From positions 62,001 through 126,000 of the forward strand of contig JBHGNT010000048.1 of NCBI GenBank assembly GCA_043228905.1: a DNA stretch of 64,000 nt, in the 5' to 3' direction. The stretch is from Azolla caroliniana (taxonomy: Eukaryota > Plantae > Polypodiophyta). Under the pieces are notes generated by a model that saw only the letters and a list, made by a program, of their open reading frames with translations, was not told the DNA's origin and made no database searches. How positions within the stretch are numbered: position 1 is the first letter of the stretch; every line of letters begins with the position of its first letter. Below are positions 50,262 through 61,851 of the stretch, one piece after another. The position numbers were made by a program, and so were the translations under genes.

Positions 50262-50335
50262 GTCTAGATGGTGTAGTTGGTTATCATGCTAGTCTCACAC
50301 ACTAGAAGTTTCCGATTTGAGTTCGGCTTTGGACA
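50262..50335 (+). pseudogene. trnV: tRNA-Val(CAC) pseudogene
   Basis: GTCTAGATGGTGTAGTTGGTTATCATGCTAGTCT-CAC-ACACTAGAAGTTTCCGATTTGAGTTCGGCTTTGGACA; anticodon arm intact, B box destroyed; upstream CAA and downstream T-run. Confidence 0.85.
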
Positions 50336-50379
50336 TTGCATTATTTTTTTATTTCAATGATTGGGTAAACACCCCATTT

Positions 50380-50454
50380 TGTTGTAAACCAATTGTCTCA
50401 TGGGCCAATTTTGGTCTTAGAAGACGTTAATATATATTTCTTTATCTCTCTCTC

Positions 50455-50485
<31 letters not shown>
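50380..50485 (+). mobile_element. RTEX family B 3' terminal stub with (TC)n tail
   Basis: TTGTTGTAAACCAATTGTCTCATGGGCCAA..TTGG.CTTAGAAGACGTTAATA is the reverse complement of 17715-17770. Confidence 0.82.
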
Positions 50486-51660
50486 ATGGGAATGTAGTCG
50501 TTATGTTTTTGTTATATGTGGATGATGTAGTGCTTTTTGCAAATACTTTAGGAGATGCACAAAAGCTTATGAAGGCATTGGAAATTTTTTGCATATATAC
50601 TAAATCAAGTGTCAACAACTCTAAAACAAAGATTTTGCTTGTGAATAACTAAAAAAAAGGGTAAACCATACATTATGTACTGTAATGAACCACTTGATTG
50701 TGTGGAAAGCTTCATCTTGAAGTTCCTTCAAATCATAGATGGAATGAATGTACTACACGTCACTTAAAGGCTGGAAAGGAAACATATTATGCATTTGAGA
50801 ACACATGCAATCATGGAGATATTAAGTGTTGGGTCATCAAGAAATAACTTTTTGACACATTGGTGACATCGATGCTTCTCTATGGAGTGGACGTAATCTA
50901 CTCCTTGAGATGGGATCACTTCCCATTGAGATCATGGCCATGGAAAGGGTTGTTGAATATCATGCCTAAGGTTCAAAAAAGTTCCTTATATCGACTTCAT
51001 CGAATTGCATGGGAAGTTGGTTAAAAAGATCCAATAGACGCATAAAAGCAAAAAAATTTGTTCGCATTGGGTGCAATATATGGAAAAATGGTTTAGTAGA
51101 TGAAACAAACTTGCTTCATGATGTAACACTAGATTCCTCTGTAAATGAGGCCTTTTTGCAACGTCAATGTATCTTGACATGGGATAAATGTGGAGGCTCA
51201 CGCTTCACACATTATATTGCACATGTTGCACCTAACTACAAAACCATATTCTTCATAGAATAGGGAAACCATACACATCGATACATATTAGAGCCCATCA
51301 TGCGACTTAGCTCTCATGCATTGCGATGTGAGCCGGGGAGTCGAGGCACAAGTGATGAGAGTGGTTGATTATGCACACTTTGCCCTAAACAAGTTCAAGA
51401 GTTTGAGTATCACACTTTGATACAATGTTTTGCCTTTGATCATATTCGACTATGTTTTGCACACATCTTCAATCAAGCCCAATCGTTGCACGAATATCTC
51501 TCACAATACCACGATGTGCACCCCCGATTGGAACATTCATTGGTAAAGTTCTTGAACATCGAGAGTTACTACTCACTTTCACATGTATCATGTGAAATGT
51601 AATATTTTTGGTCTCATAAATCATATATTTGACCTCCGAAGACGATAATGGAATCTATCT
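50486..51660 (+). mobile_element. RTEX-like LINE family A, 5'-truncated and internally deleted
   Basis: reverse-complement homology to 7280-8160 and 1101-1524; LYVDDVVLF RT motif; 3' hairpin ~51611-51643. Confidence 0.9.
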
Positions 51661-52636
51661 ATACAATATGTATACATAGATATTTTGATCTTTTAGCTCC
51701 TCCCATGGATTAGCTAGCTTTTATTGAGATCTCTGTCTCTATATGTATATTGTGTGTGTATTGTAGCTTTTCTGATCTTCTACATGGAGAATCAGTAGTT
51801 TAAGTGAACGAAACGAAGATTTCAAGAAGCAATTGCATGACAACATGAATTTGCACACAAAACTGTCAGGAGATGAGGTAATGGCTTCTCATTCTAAGAC
51901 ATCAAAACCATGAGTAGCCCAGCTTTTGATTAACATTACCATCGCCTAACCATTTGGAAGCTTCTTCTTTTGCAAGTCTTTTGTTGTTTCTGTTTCTGTG
52001 GGTTCTTGCTTTTCTACATGATTGTGTAGGGTTTGGTTTATGGGTTCTTGTTCGTCTACATGATTGTTCAACATCTTCTTTTCTATGTAAAGAACAGATG
52101 AGCTAAATTGAATCTCATCATAAGCATCCAAATGAAAGTCTTTTGAACACGTAGCTTCCTTTTGCTGGTTTTTGCAATGATGGATCTGTATATGGGTACT
52201 TGTTCTTCTCCATGAGAAGAACAGATGAACTAAATAGATTCTCATTCTAATCATACAAATGAAGGTCTTTTGAGCTGGTATCTTCCTTTTGCAGAGTTCG
52301 GTTGAGATGTATACATATTTGGCTAAACATTATTGTACATGAATTGAGAAAATAAAGCAATGGGATGCCCCCACTATGAACAAATCAAATGAACAAGACA
52401 TGGTCAATGCATTGCTTTAGCCTGCATTTCTAACTCCACCAAATCCCAACCTTGGAGTATGAATGGTTTTTATATGGGTACTTGTTCTTCTGCACGAAAA
52501 TACAAGATATAGGGTGACAAGTCCAAGGTACAATGCATTCTTTGAGCACACTTTCCAAGCGCAAAGACTTCTTCATTTTGCATGGATTTCGTAGATGGGT
52601 GCTTCCTCTTCTCCATGAAAATAGGAACTGAATGTA

Positions 52637-55600
52637 ATGGTTCTCATCCTTAAGAATCAAATGGATGTCAGTGCATTGTTTGATCATGTACATCCAACCC
52701 CATTCTATCTCAACATTGGGGATGAGCCTCCCCCAAGATATATGTATGCTCAAAACTGGAAAATCAGATCAAATCGTCGAGTTAATGTAAGTTTGTATAA
52801 TAGTGGAACTGATCAGAGAACTGCAAGCCTTGAGGAAGCATTGTGGGCTTTTGATCAAGGATCTGGTCTCATATCAGTTAAAGACCTTACATGTATTTTT
52901 CAAAAGTGCAAAAACATGAAATGTTCAACATGCAGTGACCGTGCATTTATGCTTGTGTGTGGTAATGGTCTCGATGCATATGGTCTTTTAGGGAACTATA
53001 TTGTCCCTATGTTTGTTGAATGTGATAATTTGCCTAAGGCTCGACAAGTTCTTTGGAGATTGATTGATCGGGATGAGTATTCATGGACTTCTCTGATAAA
53101 AGGATATATAGATTCTGGTGACTTCTACTATGGCCTTGATCTGTATAAATCGATGCAAGAAGACCTTGTTGATGCTAGCGGTTTTACATTCGTGGCTCTA
53201 CTCAAAGCTTGTGCTCAGCTAAGATTGTTTGATGTGGGTCTAAAGTTTCATATAATGATAATTGGGGAAGAGTATGAAAAAGATCCTTTCATTGGAAATA
53301 GTCTAATCTATATGTATGCCAAGTGTGGCTTGTTTGCGGAAGCACAACACATGTTTTATCAAATAATTGATCGGGATGTAGTTTCTTGGAATGCACTGAT
53401 TGCTGGATATCCTGATCCATTCCTTTTTAGTGTAGAAACTAGCTTCTTAGATCAAATGCTTCTTGAGGAAGTCTGTCCCAACGCCATCACTTATGCTTGC
53501 AGTTTAAAGGCTTGTGGGGATGTCAATGCAGTAGAAAGGGGACGAGAAATCCATATACATGCCGCAAAAACTGGATTTGAAGGAGATCCTTACGTTGGTA
53601 ACACATTGGTTGATGTGTATTGCAAGTGCAATTTACTTGAAGAAGCCTGCAAAGTGTTTAATGACCTTCCAACTCAAAATACTGTCTCTTGGAATGCATT
53701 GATTGTTGGGTATGTTGAGAATGGGAACAACAAAGAAGCATTGCATTGCTTCCAAGAGATGCATCTCAATGGTGTGCTACGTGATACCATCACATTTGTT
53801 TTTGTTTTGAAAGCATGTAGTAACATAGGAATCATGACCATTAACCTAGAAATGCATTCTATAATTGTCAAAGAGGGACATGAGAAAGACTCATTTGTTG
53901 CAAATGGACTTGTTGATATGTATGCTAAACATGGGTTGTTTGAAGAATCATTGCTAATCATTGTGAAGCTTCCAACCAATGATGCAATTCCATGGAATGC
54001 CTTGATATCAGGATACATTGACCATGGCCTTGATCAAGAGGCACTCAAATGCATAGAAGAGATGCAGATAAGAGATATCCCACAAGATGTAGCAACCTTC
54101 ATTTACGGACTAAAAGCTTGTGGAAACCTAGGATTCATAGACAGGGGTCTTGAACTACATACTTGGATAAGTAAACTCAAACTTGAAACTGATATTCTCA
54201 TTGGTAATGCTTTGTTGGCCATGTATGTTAAATGGGGCTCAACCTCAGAAGCAGAACAACTGTTTGATGTACTGCCCATTCAAGATGTTGTCTCATGGAA
54301 TACACTGATTGCAGGGTATTCTGAACATGGTCAGAGTGAGAAAGCGATAGCAATCTTTGAAAAGATGGAGCAGAGGGGTGTGGTATCTGATGCTTTCTCA
54401 TATGTTAGCGTTCTGAAAGCTTGTGGCAACCTTTGTGCTAAAGGTAAGGGACAGGAAATTCACATTGAGATTATGAAAAAGGAAGCAGAGAATTATGTGA
54501 TTGGAATCAGTTTGATAGAAATGTATGCAAAGTGTGGTTCACTTACAGAAGCACAAGAAACATTTAACCGCCTGGATACTCAAGACTGTGCTGCATGGAC
54601 GGCATTGATTAATGGGTATATTGAAAATGGATTCTTTGAGGAAGTTACTGATTGTGTAGAAGAAATGCAATTAAGAGGAGTGTCTCCTAATGCAACAATA
54701 GTTGGTCTTAGCTTCAAAGCTTGTGGATTCTTAAGGAACATAAAGAGAATTCAACAACTATATGCAGATGCTGCTAAACAAGGACTTGAAAACGAATCGT
54801 TTGTTCTTAATATGCTTATAGGTTCCCTTGTGAAGTGTGGTTTGAGGTTTGAAGCAATAAAAATCTTTGAACATTTACCTGTCTACAATGTGCTTTCATG
54901 GAATATCATGCTTTCAGCATATGCTGATCATGGGTTTGATGAAGAGCTTCCAGTGCTTAATGATAGAATGAAACTGCAAGGCATATTACCAAATGCAATA
55001 ACGTTTGTTTACTGTTTGAAAGGCTGCGCCCATACAGGAGACATTGATAAAGGACAGGAAGTGCATGACCAATTAGTTCAACTGGGTATTGAGAAAGATC
55101 CTTTCATCGGCACTAGTCTTATTTATATGTATGCAAAATGTGGATTCCTTTCTGAATCACAGGAAGTCTTTGATAAACTTCCTGTTCAAGATGTGGTAAC
55201 ATGGAATGCTCTTATTGCAGGTTACATAGACAATGGATTATCTGAAAAAGCACTGATTTGGCTGGATAAAATGCAAGAAAACTTTCTACCTTTTGATGCC
55301 ATCACTTGTGTTTCTTGGTTGTGCATATGTGTTGACGAGAAAGACATACAAAATGGTCATGAAATCTATGGAGAGGTTATCAAGAAAGGGTTTGAAAATG
55401 AGATACTTGTCACGAATGCTCTATTGAATATGTATGTTAAATGTGGTTCATTTGTAGAAGCCAGGCATGTGTTTGATGGATTATCTATACGATGCAACTC
55501 ATCATGGAATGCACTGATTTGTGGGTATGCAGAGTATGGACTTAACAATGAACTATTTGAATGTTTGGAATTGATGCAAGTTGAGGGTTTTCCCCTGAAT

Positions 55601-56983
55601 GATACTACATATGTTTGTAGCTTGAAAGCTTGTTCAGAGCTAGGTGAAATAGAAATAGGGAAGAAATTACATGTAGGAATTGCCAAAAGTGGATTTGATG
55701 CATTTCTTCATGTGGGCAATACTCTGATCCACATGTATGCAAAATGCCACTCATTTGTTGAAGCATGGAGAGTATTGGAGAGTTTATCAAGTAGAGATGT
55801 AGTGTCATGGAATGCAATGCTTATAGGGTATGTTGAACAAGGTCTTTATAATGAAGCTTTGGGATGTTTGCAATACATGCAGCTAGATGATGTGTTACCA
55901 AATGTTGTCACATATATTTGCACCTTGAAGCTGTGTGTTGGGGTAGGATCTTTGATGAATGGCATAGATGTCCATCTTAATGTTTGTAAAACTGGCCTTG
56001 ACAAAGATCTCATTGTTGGAACTGCTTTAGTGGACATGTATGCTAAGCTTGGCTTACTTAAGGAAGCACAAAGGGTTTTTGATCGTCTATATGTTCGAGA
56101 TATAGTCTCATGGAATTCTCTCATTGCAGGATATTCTGAATATGGTTTCAAACTTCAAGCATTAAGTTGTTTGGAACATATGGAAATGGAAGGCGTGTCT
56201 CCAAATACATTATCATGGAATACTATTATTTTACGTCTCATCAACCATGGTGAATCTCAGAAGGGGCTCTTCTTGTATGCCCAAATGCAAGAGAGAGGAC
56301 TATTACCAGATTCTCCAATCTTTACCAGCCTTTTGAAAGCTTGTGGGAATGATGCAGCCTTGGAATCCGGAAGAAAATTTCACTCTCAAATCAACAAACT
56401 TGGTCTAGACTTAATTGAACCATGTGTGTCCACAGCTCTTGTTAACATGTATGCAAAATGTGGCTGCATGAACAATGCGAAACATATATTCGATATGATC
56501 CCATTGAAAGATCTCCACAAATGGACCACTTTGATAATGGGATATGCTCGTCACGGCGATTGTGGTATTGCAGTCCATTTATTTGAAAGAATGATTGATG
56601 AAGGAATACATCCAAATGAGGTTACATTCCTCAATATAATCTCTCTATGTACTCACACAGGTCTTGTAGATAAAGGCCTGATTTATTTTGATGCTATGCA
56701 AAATGGCTATGGAATACTCCCAAGTACTAAGCATCTTAATTGTGTGGTTGATCTTCTAAGTCGAGCAGGGCATATTGAGGAAGCTTTTTTTATGGTCGAG
56801 AACATGCATTCTCTAGCAAATATTGTTACATGGACTATTCTTTTGGCTGCTTGTAAAAAATGGGCATGTCTGGAGTATTGGAGGCCTAGATTTGAACTCA
56901 TTAAAGTACAGGATGAATGGCACATAACATCATGTGCATCAGTATCTGACATTACAATAACAGAAGGTTACATTGACATTTAG
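52637..56983 (+). CDS. very long PLS-class PPR protein, degenerate E domain, no DYW (1448 aa)
   Basis: about 12 P-L-S triplets (GN.L..MYAKCG / DVVSWNALI.GY / F...LKAC); ends CTHTGLVDKG..HLNCVVDLLSRAG..WTILLAACKKW; single open frame. Confidence 0.95.
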   Translation: MVLILKNQMDVSALFDHVHPTPFYLNIGDEPPPRYMYAQNWKIRSNRRVNVSLYNSGTDQRTASLEEALWAFDQGSGLISVKDLTCIFQKCKNMKCSTCSDRAFMLVCGNGLDAYGLLGNYIVPMFVECDNLPKARQVLWRLIDRDEYSWTSLIKGYIDSGDFYYGLDLYKSMQEDLVDASGFTFVALLKACAQLRLFDVGLKFHIMIIGEEYEKDPFIGNSLIYMYAKCGLFAEAQHMFYQIIDRDVVSWNALIAGYPDPFLFSVETSFLDQMLLEEVCPNAITYACSLKACGDVNAVERGREIHIHAAKTGFEGDPYVGNTLVDVYCKCNLLEEACKVFNDLPTQNTVSWNALIVGYVENGNNKEALHCFQEMHLNGVLRDTITFVFVLKACSNIGIMTINLEMHSIIVKEGHEKDSFVANGLVDMYAKHGLFEESLLIIVKLPTNDAIPWNALISGYIDHGLDQEALKCIEEMQIRDIPQDVATFIYGLKACGNLGFIDRGLELHTWISKLKLETDILIGNALLAMYVKWGSTSEAEQLFDVLPIQDVVSWNTLIAGYSEHGQSEKAIAIFEKMEQRGVVSDAFSYVSVLKACGNLCAKGKGQEIHIEIMKKEAENYVIGISLIEMYAKCGSLTEAQETFNRLDTQDCAAWTALINGYIENGFFEEVTDCVEEMQLRGVSPNATIVGLSFKACGFLRNIKRIQQLYADAAKQGLENESFVLNMLIGSLVKCGLRFEAIKIFEHLPVYNVLSWNIMLSAYADHGFDEELPVLNDRMKLQGILPNAITFVYCLKGCAHTGDIDKGQEVHDQLVQLGIEKDPFIGTSLIYMYAKCGFLSESQEVFDKLPVQDVVTWNALIAGYIDNGLSEKALIWLDKMQENFLPFDAITCVSWLCICVDEKDIQNGHEIYGEVIKKGFENEILVTNALLNMYVKCGSFVEARHVFDGLSIRCNSSWNALICGYAEYGLNNELFECLELMQVEGFPLNDTTYVCSLKACSELGEIEIGKKLHVGIAKSGFDAFLHVGNTLIHMYAKCHSFVEAWRVLESLSSRDVVSWNAMLIGYVEQGLYNEALGCLQYMQLDDVLPNVVTYICTLKLCVGVGSLMNGIDVHLNVCKTGLDKDLIVGTALVDMYAKLGLLKEAQRVFDRLYVRDIVSWNSLIAGYSEYGFKLQALSCLEHMEMEGVSPNTLSWNTIILRLINHGESQKGLFLYAQMQERGLLPDSPIFTSLLKACGNDAALESGRKFHSQINKLGLDLIEPCVSTALVNMYAKCGCMNNAKHIFDMIPLKDLHKWTTLIMGYARHGDCGIAVHLFERMIDEGIHPNEVTFLNIISLCTHTGLVDKGLIYFDAMQNGYGILPSTKHLNCVVDLLSRAGHIEEAFFMVENMHSLANIVTWTILLAACKKWACLEYWRPRFELIKVQDEWHITSCASVSDITITEGYIDI

Positions 56984-57769
56984 CGCTCTATCACATCTCT
57001 CTCTCTCTCTTTCTTTGAATACATTGTATTAATTTTCTTTATTAGTTATCAGGTCAAGGAGTAGTCACGGACCATGGTATACTTGTTCAATGTGGCACAA
57101 AAACCAGTAATGAACTAAAGATACCGCAATCAATAGTGATAAGTTAACAGAAAACACTTAGTTCCCCATGGAGATGTTCAATGTGTTATCGATATGGCAA
57201 CCAACTACACAATTGGACCTTGACGTAAACCTTCTAAAGATGAGCTGCCAATAGTTAACAAAATATATAAGTAGGTGTCATCAAAGCTAAAGTCATTAGA
57301 TATTGGGAAGCTCACAAATTTGATGTTTGTATGATACGTCTGCCACATAAGAGTTTACATATACAAAGATGGAAACCTTCTAAAGGCGAGCTGCTAATAG
57401 TTAATGAAATATATAAGTAGGTTTGATCAAAGTTAAACAAATTCGGTGTTTATATGAAGGATATTGACACCAACATTTGCCTCTCTCCATATATCCACAA
57501 CAACACATTTAATAAATGATGGAACCAATAAAAAAAGGTGGTGGTTTAGTATGAACAACATTGATGGATAAGCAAGTAAAAGTAATAACCACGCTGGACT
57601 TCAAATCAAATATGTTGGATGCGCATAATTGGTACAAAAGATATATAACAGCTAGGTATGCATTGGAAACCGTATCTAGATATTGGGATTGTTGGTTTGC
57701 ATAAATGGGTCTATTATGGAAGGTTCTTCATACACATGGTTCTCCATCGAAAAGATAATTACAACCATG

Positions 57770-58195
57770 AAAATATGCCACAAGTTATGCAATGGATTTT
57801 GTATAGATCTCTGATCTCTCTTTGGAATGATGTTTCCTTCAAGTTAGTGATATGCTTTTAGTGATATGCTTCTTACACCCACAGAACTATGCCACGAGTT
57901 ATGCAATGGAATTTGTATAAATGTTTGTTTGGAATGATGTTTCCTTCAAGTTAGTGATATGCTTCTTACACCCATGGAACTATGCCACTCGGTTATGCAA
58001 TGGATGTCTGTTTGGAATGATGTTTCCATCCTTCAAGTTAGTGATGCTACCTATGAAGAGCATAACCCTAACTATCTCGTGGTAGTTTGTACCATAGTTA
58101 CTACACACGAGGAAAACGATGGTACAAACTACCACAGGATAAGTTATGGTTATGCCCTTAACTGGTAGCATACCCATAAAACCATGCCACAAGCA
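57770..58195. repeat. ~90-110-bp tandem repeat (3+ units)
   Basis: ATGCCAC..GTTATGCAATGGA...TTTGGAATGATGTTTCC..CAAGTTAGTGAT recurs. Confidence 0.85.
58044..58171. mobile_element. 128-bp foldback, MITE-like
   Basis: arms ATGCTACC..GCATAACC.TAACT..GTGGTAGTTTGTACCAT.GTT and its reverse complement around a ~15-nt loop; interrupts a tandem repeat unit. Confidence 0.65.
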
Positions 58196-59284
58196 AGTGG
58201 TAGGTGTTCATAACCTTCTCCTTAGAATGACGGTCTCCATCACCTTAGTGACAACATTCAATAATAGTGTTACTTTGGATACAAGCACCGATGGTACTTG
58301 GGTCTGTTTTTGGCATGAACTCAAGAAACAAGAAGTTGTCGGACAGAAATATAACCGCACAACTCAAGCTCATTATCAACAAAGAAGAATCAGAACTTCC
58401 CTTTTATCCCAAGCCATGCCGACTCATGTTACAAGTCATGCTGCTATACAAAGTCAATGAAGGACACCTACTTATGCTACCAGTCATACTAAGTCAATCA
58501 AGGGTGACTGCCACAAGAGGGCTATTGGACCATGTTTCTTCCATGTTAGTGATGCAACATTCCATAATCATGTAACGTTACATACATTTCTGTGTCCAAA
58601 TGTACCTACACTATCTACCACATTAAGGAACCTTATCACAATTGCATCAAGCAACATTTATTTGCAAATGTATAAGCAAAGTGCGATGTGAATAAACTGA
58701 ATTAGCTCCTTGACAGCATCCAATCATGTAGTCAACACCATTATATCTCTCTAAAAACACTATATGTACATATAATCACATATTGTATCATCACATGGCA
58801 TAAAAAAACTAGCTATAAGTCAATTCTCTGTCATGAGTGTTTATTATCATAAACATCCAATAAAGAAACTCGGAGGCTGAATGCATCAACCCAAAAACTG
58901 CAGAAATACAGAAATCTATGAAACGAAGTTCATCCAGATGCGCAATGAGATGTCTTGCACATACTGCACTCATCTGCTTGGTGGAGAATAACAACAAGGT
59001 CATCTTTATAGTAGCTAACTATATGCATCACCTCCCACGCATCCACTACTGTTAGAAATCTCTCTTGCCATGTTGAAAAAGAAAGAACGGTGAATACCTC
59101 AGCCTTCTATAATGTGTTTCCCTCATCATCTTGTCAGTACTTACAGCTCACATGATTTCTTTACTCTCGGTCATGTCAATGACCCACTCGCATAGTTAGA
59201 TTATCTGGCATTTTTACAAGACCAGATAGAGATAGTGACAGAGGAATTTGGCTCTCCTCTTCTCCATATTGTCTAGAGAACTTG

Positions 59285-60735
59285 TTAAGAACTTAACAGA
59301 AGTTCCCAAAACAGGCTGTCATCTACCTCAGTACTATCGACACAATGTTCACAGTTGGGCGATTGGACCATGTCTGCTATCTCTAGCTTAATATCTCCAC
59401 AATTATTTGCCTTCTCTACTTCACATACTTCTCGAATTGGTATTACTTCACTTATATCCCCTGATTCTTTAATATTTGGAGCTTTAGTACCATCATCTAG
59501 CAGTTTGATATTTGTTTCCTTAAGAGGTACTTCCACTTCTACATTCACGTAACTAGGAGTATCTGCTGATTTCACAATGTATAAAGCTTTTGTTCCGTAA
59601 CTGAGCCATTTAAAAGTTCTTTCCTTCAAAAGAATTTCCATTTCCAAATTCAGACCAGCGGGACAAATATCGTCAATTGTTCCTTCCGAATCTGTTTCCA
59701 CTGCATCAATATAAGAGGAAATCCCAAACTCATCATCACCAAATATTTCACTACTCAGAAGCCATTGTTCCTTCATGATGTATTCTAGCTCCTTTCTTGA
59801 GTAATTTTGCTCCATGACCTTGGCCACAAATGCTTCTGTATTCTGCGTATTATCTCCCAGAAAGCTCAAAATCTGACAGTCTCCAACCATTGGTTGAAAC
59901 CTCTTTGAAAAGAGAACAATCTCTTTCCAAGTATATTGATCTTTCTGTATAAGCATGAACAACTCAGATATTAAGAGCGACTCGGCTCTCGTATGGCCAC
60001 AGCTCTGACTCATCGTAAGGCATCTGCAACAGCCATAAAAACAAGAATGTGCTGGTGATATTTGCCTTCGAAAATTTCCTACAATGTGCTTCTGCCCATT
60101 CACGAATACCTCATTACAGAATTTGTAGTTATTAGGATCCTTATGTTCAGAGATCATATGAAATCCATGCACATAGAAACGTAATGATAAGGAGACCATA
60201 ATGTTGCATAGCTACTAGAGAGAGAGAGAGATCATCATAAAGATGAATGGAGAAATGTCACGAGAAAATATCACAAACTTCAGAGGAATTCTGGCAGAAA
60301 GATTGCCACGATGCAAAAGAGGTGTAAGAGAAAAGAAGACCACAAAATTAAGATGATTAAGATCATGCCGAAGTGAGAGAGTGTACGAAAAGAACTTACT
60401 TGTGTACTACTGAGCTGCTGGGCCATCAATCTGGAAGCGATTTCATGTTTGAAGAAGAACCGATGGAGAAGAAGAAGATTGAAAGGGAAAACATAGTGTG
60501 GAATTGTAGAAGAAAGATGGCTCACCATGTCAAACGTTGACTTACTAAGGAACCAAGAGCGAGAAGCAGAAGAAGAAGAAGAAGAAGAAGAAGGACTCAG
60601 CTCTATGATCTGATATGGTTCTTCAACACATCCTTCATCAGCTTCTGCAAAAATTCCATAACTAAATAGTACAGAGCGAAGGAGCGAATTCATACAGCGT
60701 CGATAAGCGGAGGCTGCAATGAAAGGATTATCCAT
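59285..60735 (-). CDS. uncharacterised protein, ~420 aa, two exons
   Basis: exon 60400-60735 (ATG ... CAA|GTAAGT) spliced in phase 0 to 59285-60211 (TAG acceptor after a (CT)n tract); both exons fully open; acidic C-terminal half; family not recognised. Confidence 0.62.
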
Positions 60736-60804
60736 GGATCCCTTTAAACTGACACTAACGACAGATTCGAGGAAGCAGAAGATGAAGATGAAGATGAAGA
60801 TGAA

Positions 60805-61118
60805 GAAGAAGAAGAAAAAGAGCAGAAGTTGGAGGAGAGGTTCAAATTTGGGCATGGAAATCTTCCAAGAATCGGTCTGCGTACTTCCGGAAGATTTCTC
60901 CTTCTCTTCTAGAAGCTTCTAGAAGAAGCTCTCCATCTTCCAATTTGACAGCTCTCAGAAGAAGAAGAAGAAGAAGAAGAAGAAGAACAGAAAGTTGGAG
61001 GAGAGGTTCAAATTTGGGCATGGAAATCTTCCAAGAATCTGTCTGCGTACTTCCGGAAGCTTTCTCCTTCTCTTCTAGAAGCTTCTAGAAGAAGCTCTCA
61101 ATCTTCCAATTTGACAGC
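60805..61118. promoter_or_regulatory. duplicated ~165-bp promoter/5' unit, each copy with a perfect HSE (60906-60925, 61072-61091)
   Basis: cTTCtaGAAgcTTCtaGAAg in each copy, plus TTCcgGAA just 5' of it on the plus strand. Confidence 0.7.
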
Positions 61119-61851
61119 TTTTTCGAATTTACAAAAAAATGTCCCTTTGCTCTTTTGGCCAGGCACCTCCCGCATTCTTTTGTCCGGGCCAGGGCCGTGA
61201 CATGCCCAGTTTCTTCGGCCTAGACATTTTATGCAGATTTGTCCGGACATAAATCTAATATTGTCATCGAGACCAGGCCCAGGAAAAAGGTGTGCCCATG
61301 AGCGCGCACGAAAGAAGAATAGAAAAACGTAATAGGCCTCCCTGGCATGGACTCGAATGGACGGGACTTTGACTCACGTTTTCGATATTGGTTGTCCCAA
61401 GCTCTCATTCGCGGTTGACCTTCTTCGACCTCTAACTAGACAAGCATGACTAGGCCACCACGACACTTACGCATGGTTCATACTTAAGGCTTTTGTTTGT
61501 CTTGCAGTATCATGTTGATCTGCACAGTTCTCATTGGTCGCCTCTTGAGGCTAGTTCAAACAAGATGTGAATCGACAAATTGCAACCTAATTTGACTAAA
61601 GAAGCTCATCGTATGGACAAATAAATCAACCAATTAGGTAGGAAGTCACGCTCAATTGTTCCCTTCTCTCTTCTTAGTCTCTATTAATCTTCCCAACCTC
61701 GACTATGGTATGGAGGTTATCATGGTTCTCTTGTTGTCGTGCACACTCTCAATTTTCATGTTCCATTAGCAAGAATGTTGAATACAAAGAGTCACTTGCC
61801 AACTCCACAGACACTACAGAAAAATGCGTGAGTTCATTCTCATAAGTAATA

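Noticed and set aside
53674-56952. Antisense ORFs within the long PPR (and similar ones opposite pol, ERI2 and ZRANB3 exons)
   Set aside because: Shadow ORFs of real coding sequence with no independent motifs
59085-59195. BED-finger-like W..HVSCKY(C)..RRLRY(H) on the minus strand after the unknown gene's stop
   Set aside because: Needs two assumed frameshifts; too weak without a profile search
61812-61824. CACTACAGAAAAA, CACTA-like terminus (also CACTACTA near 10178)
   Set aside because: No matching inverted terminus, subterminal repeats or transposase seen in the window
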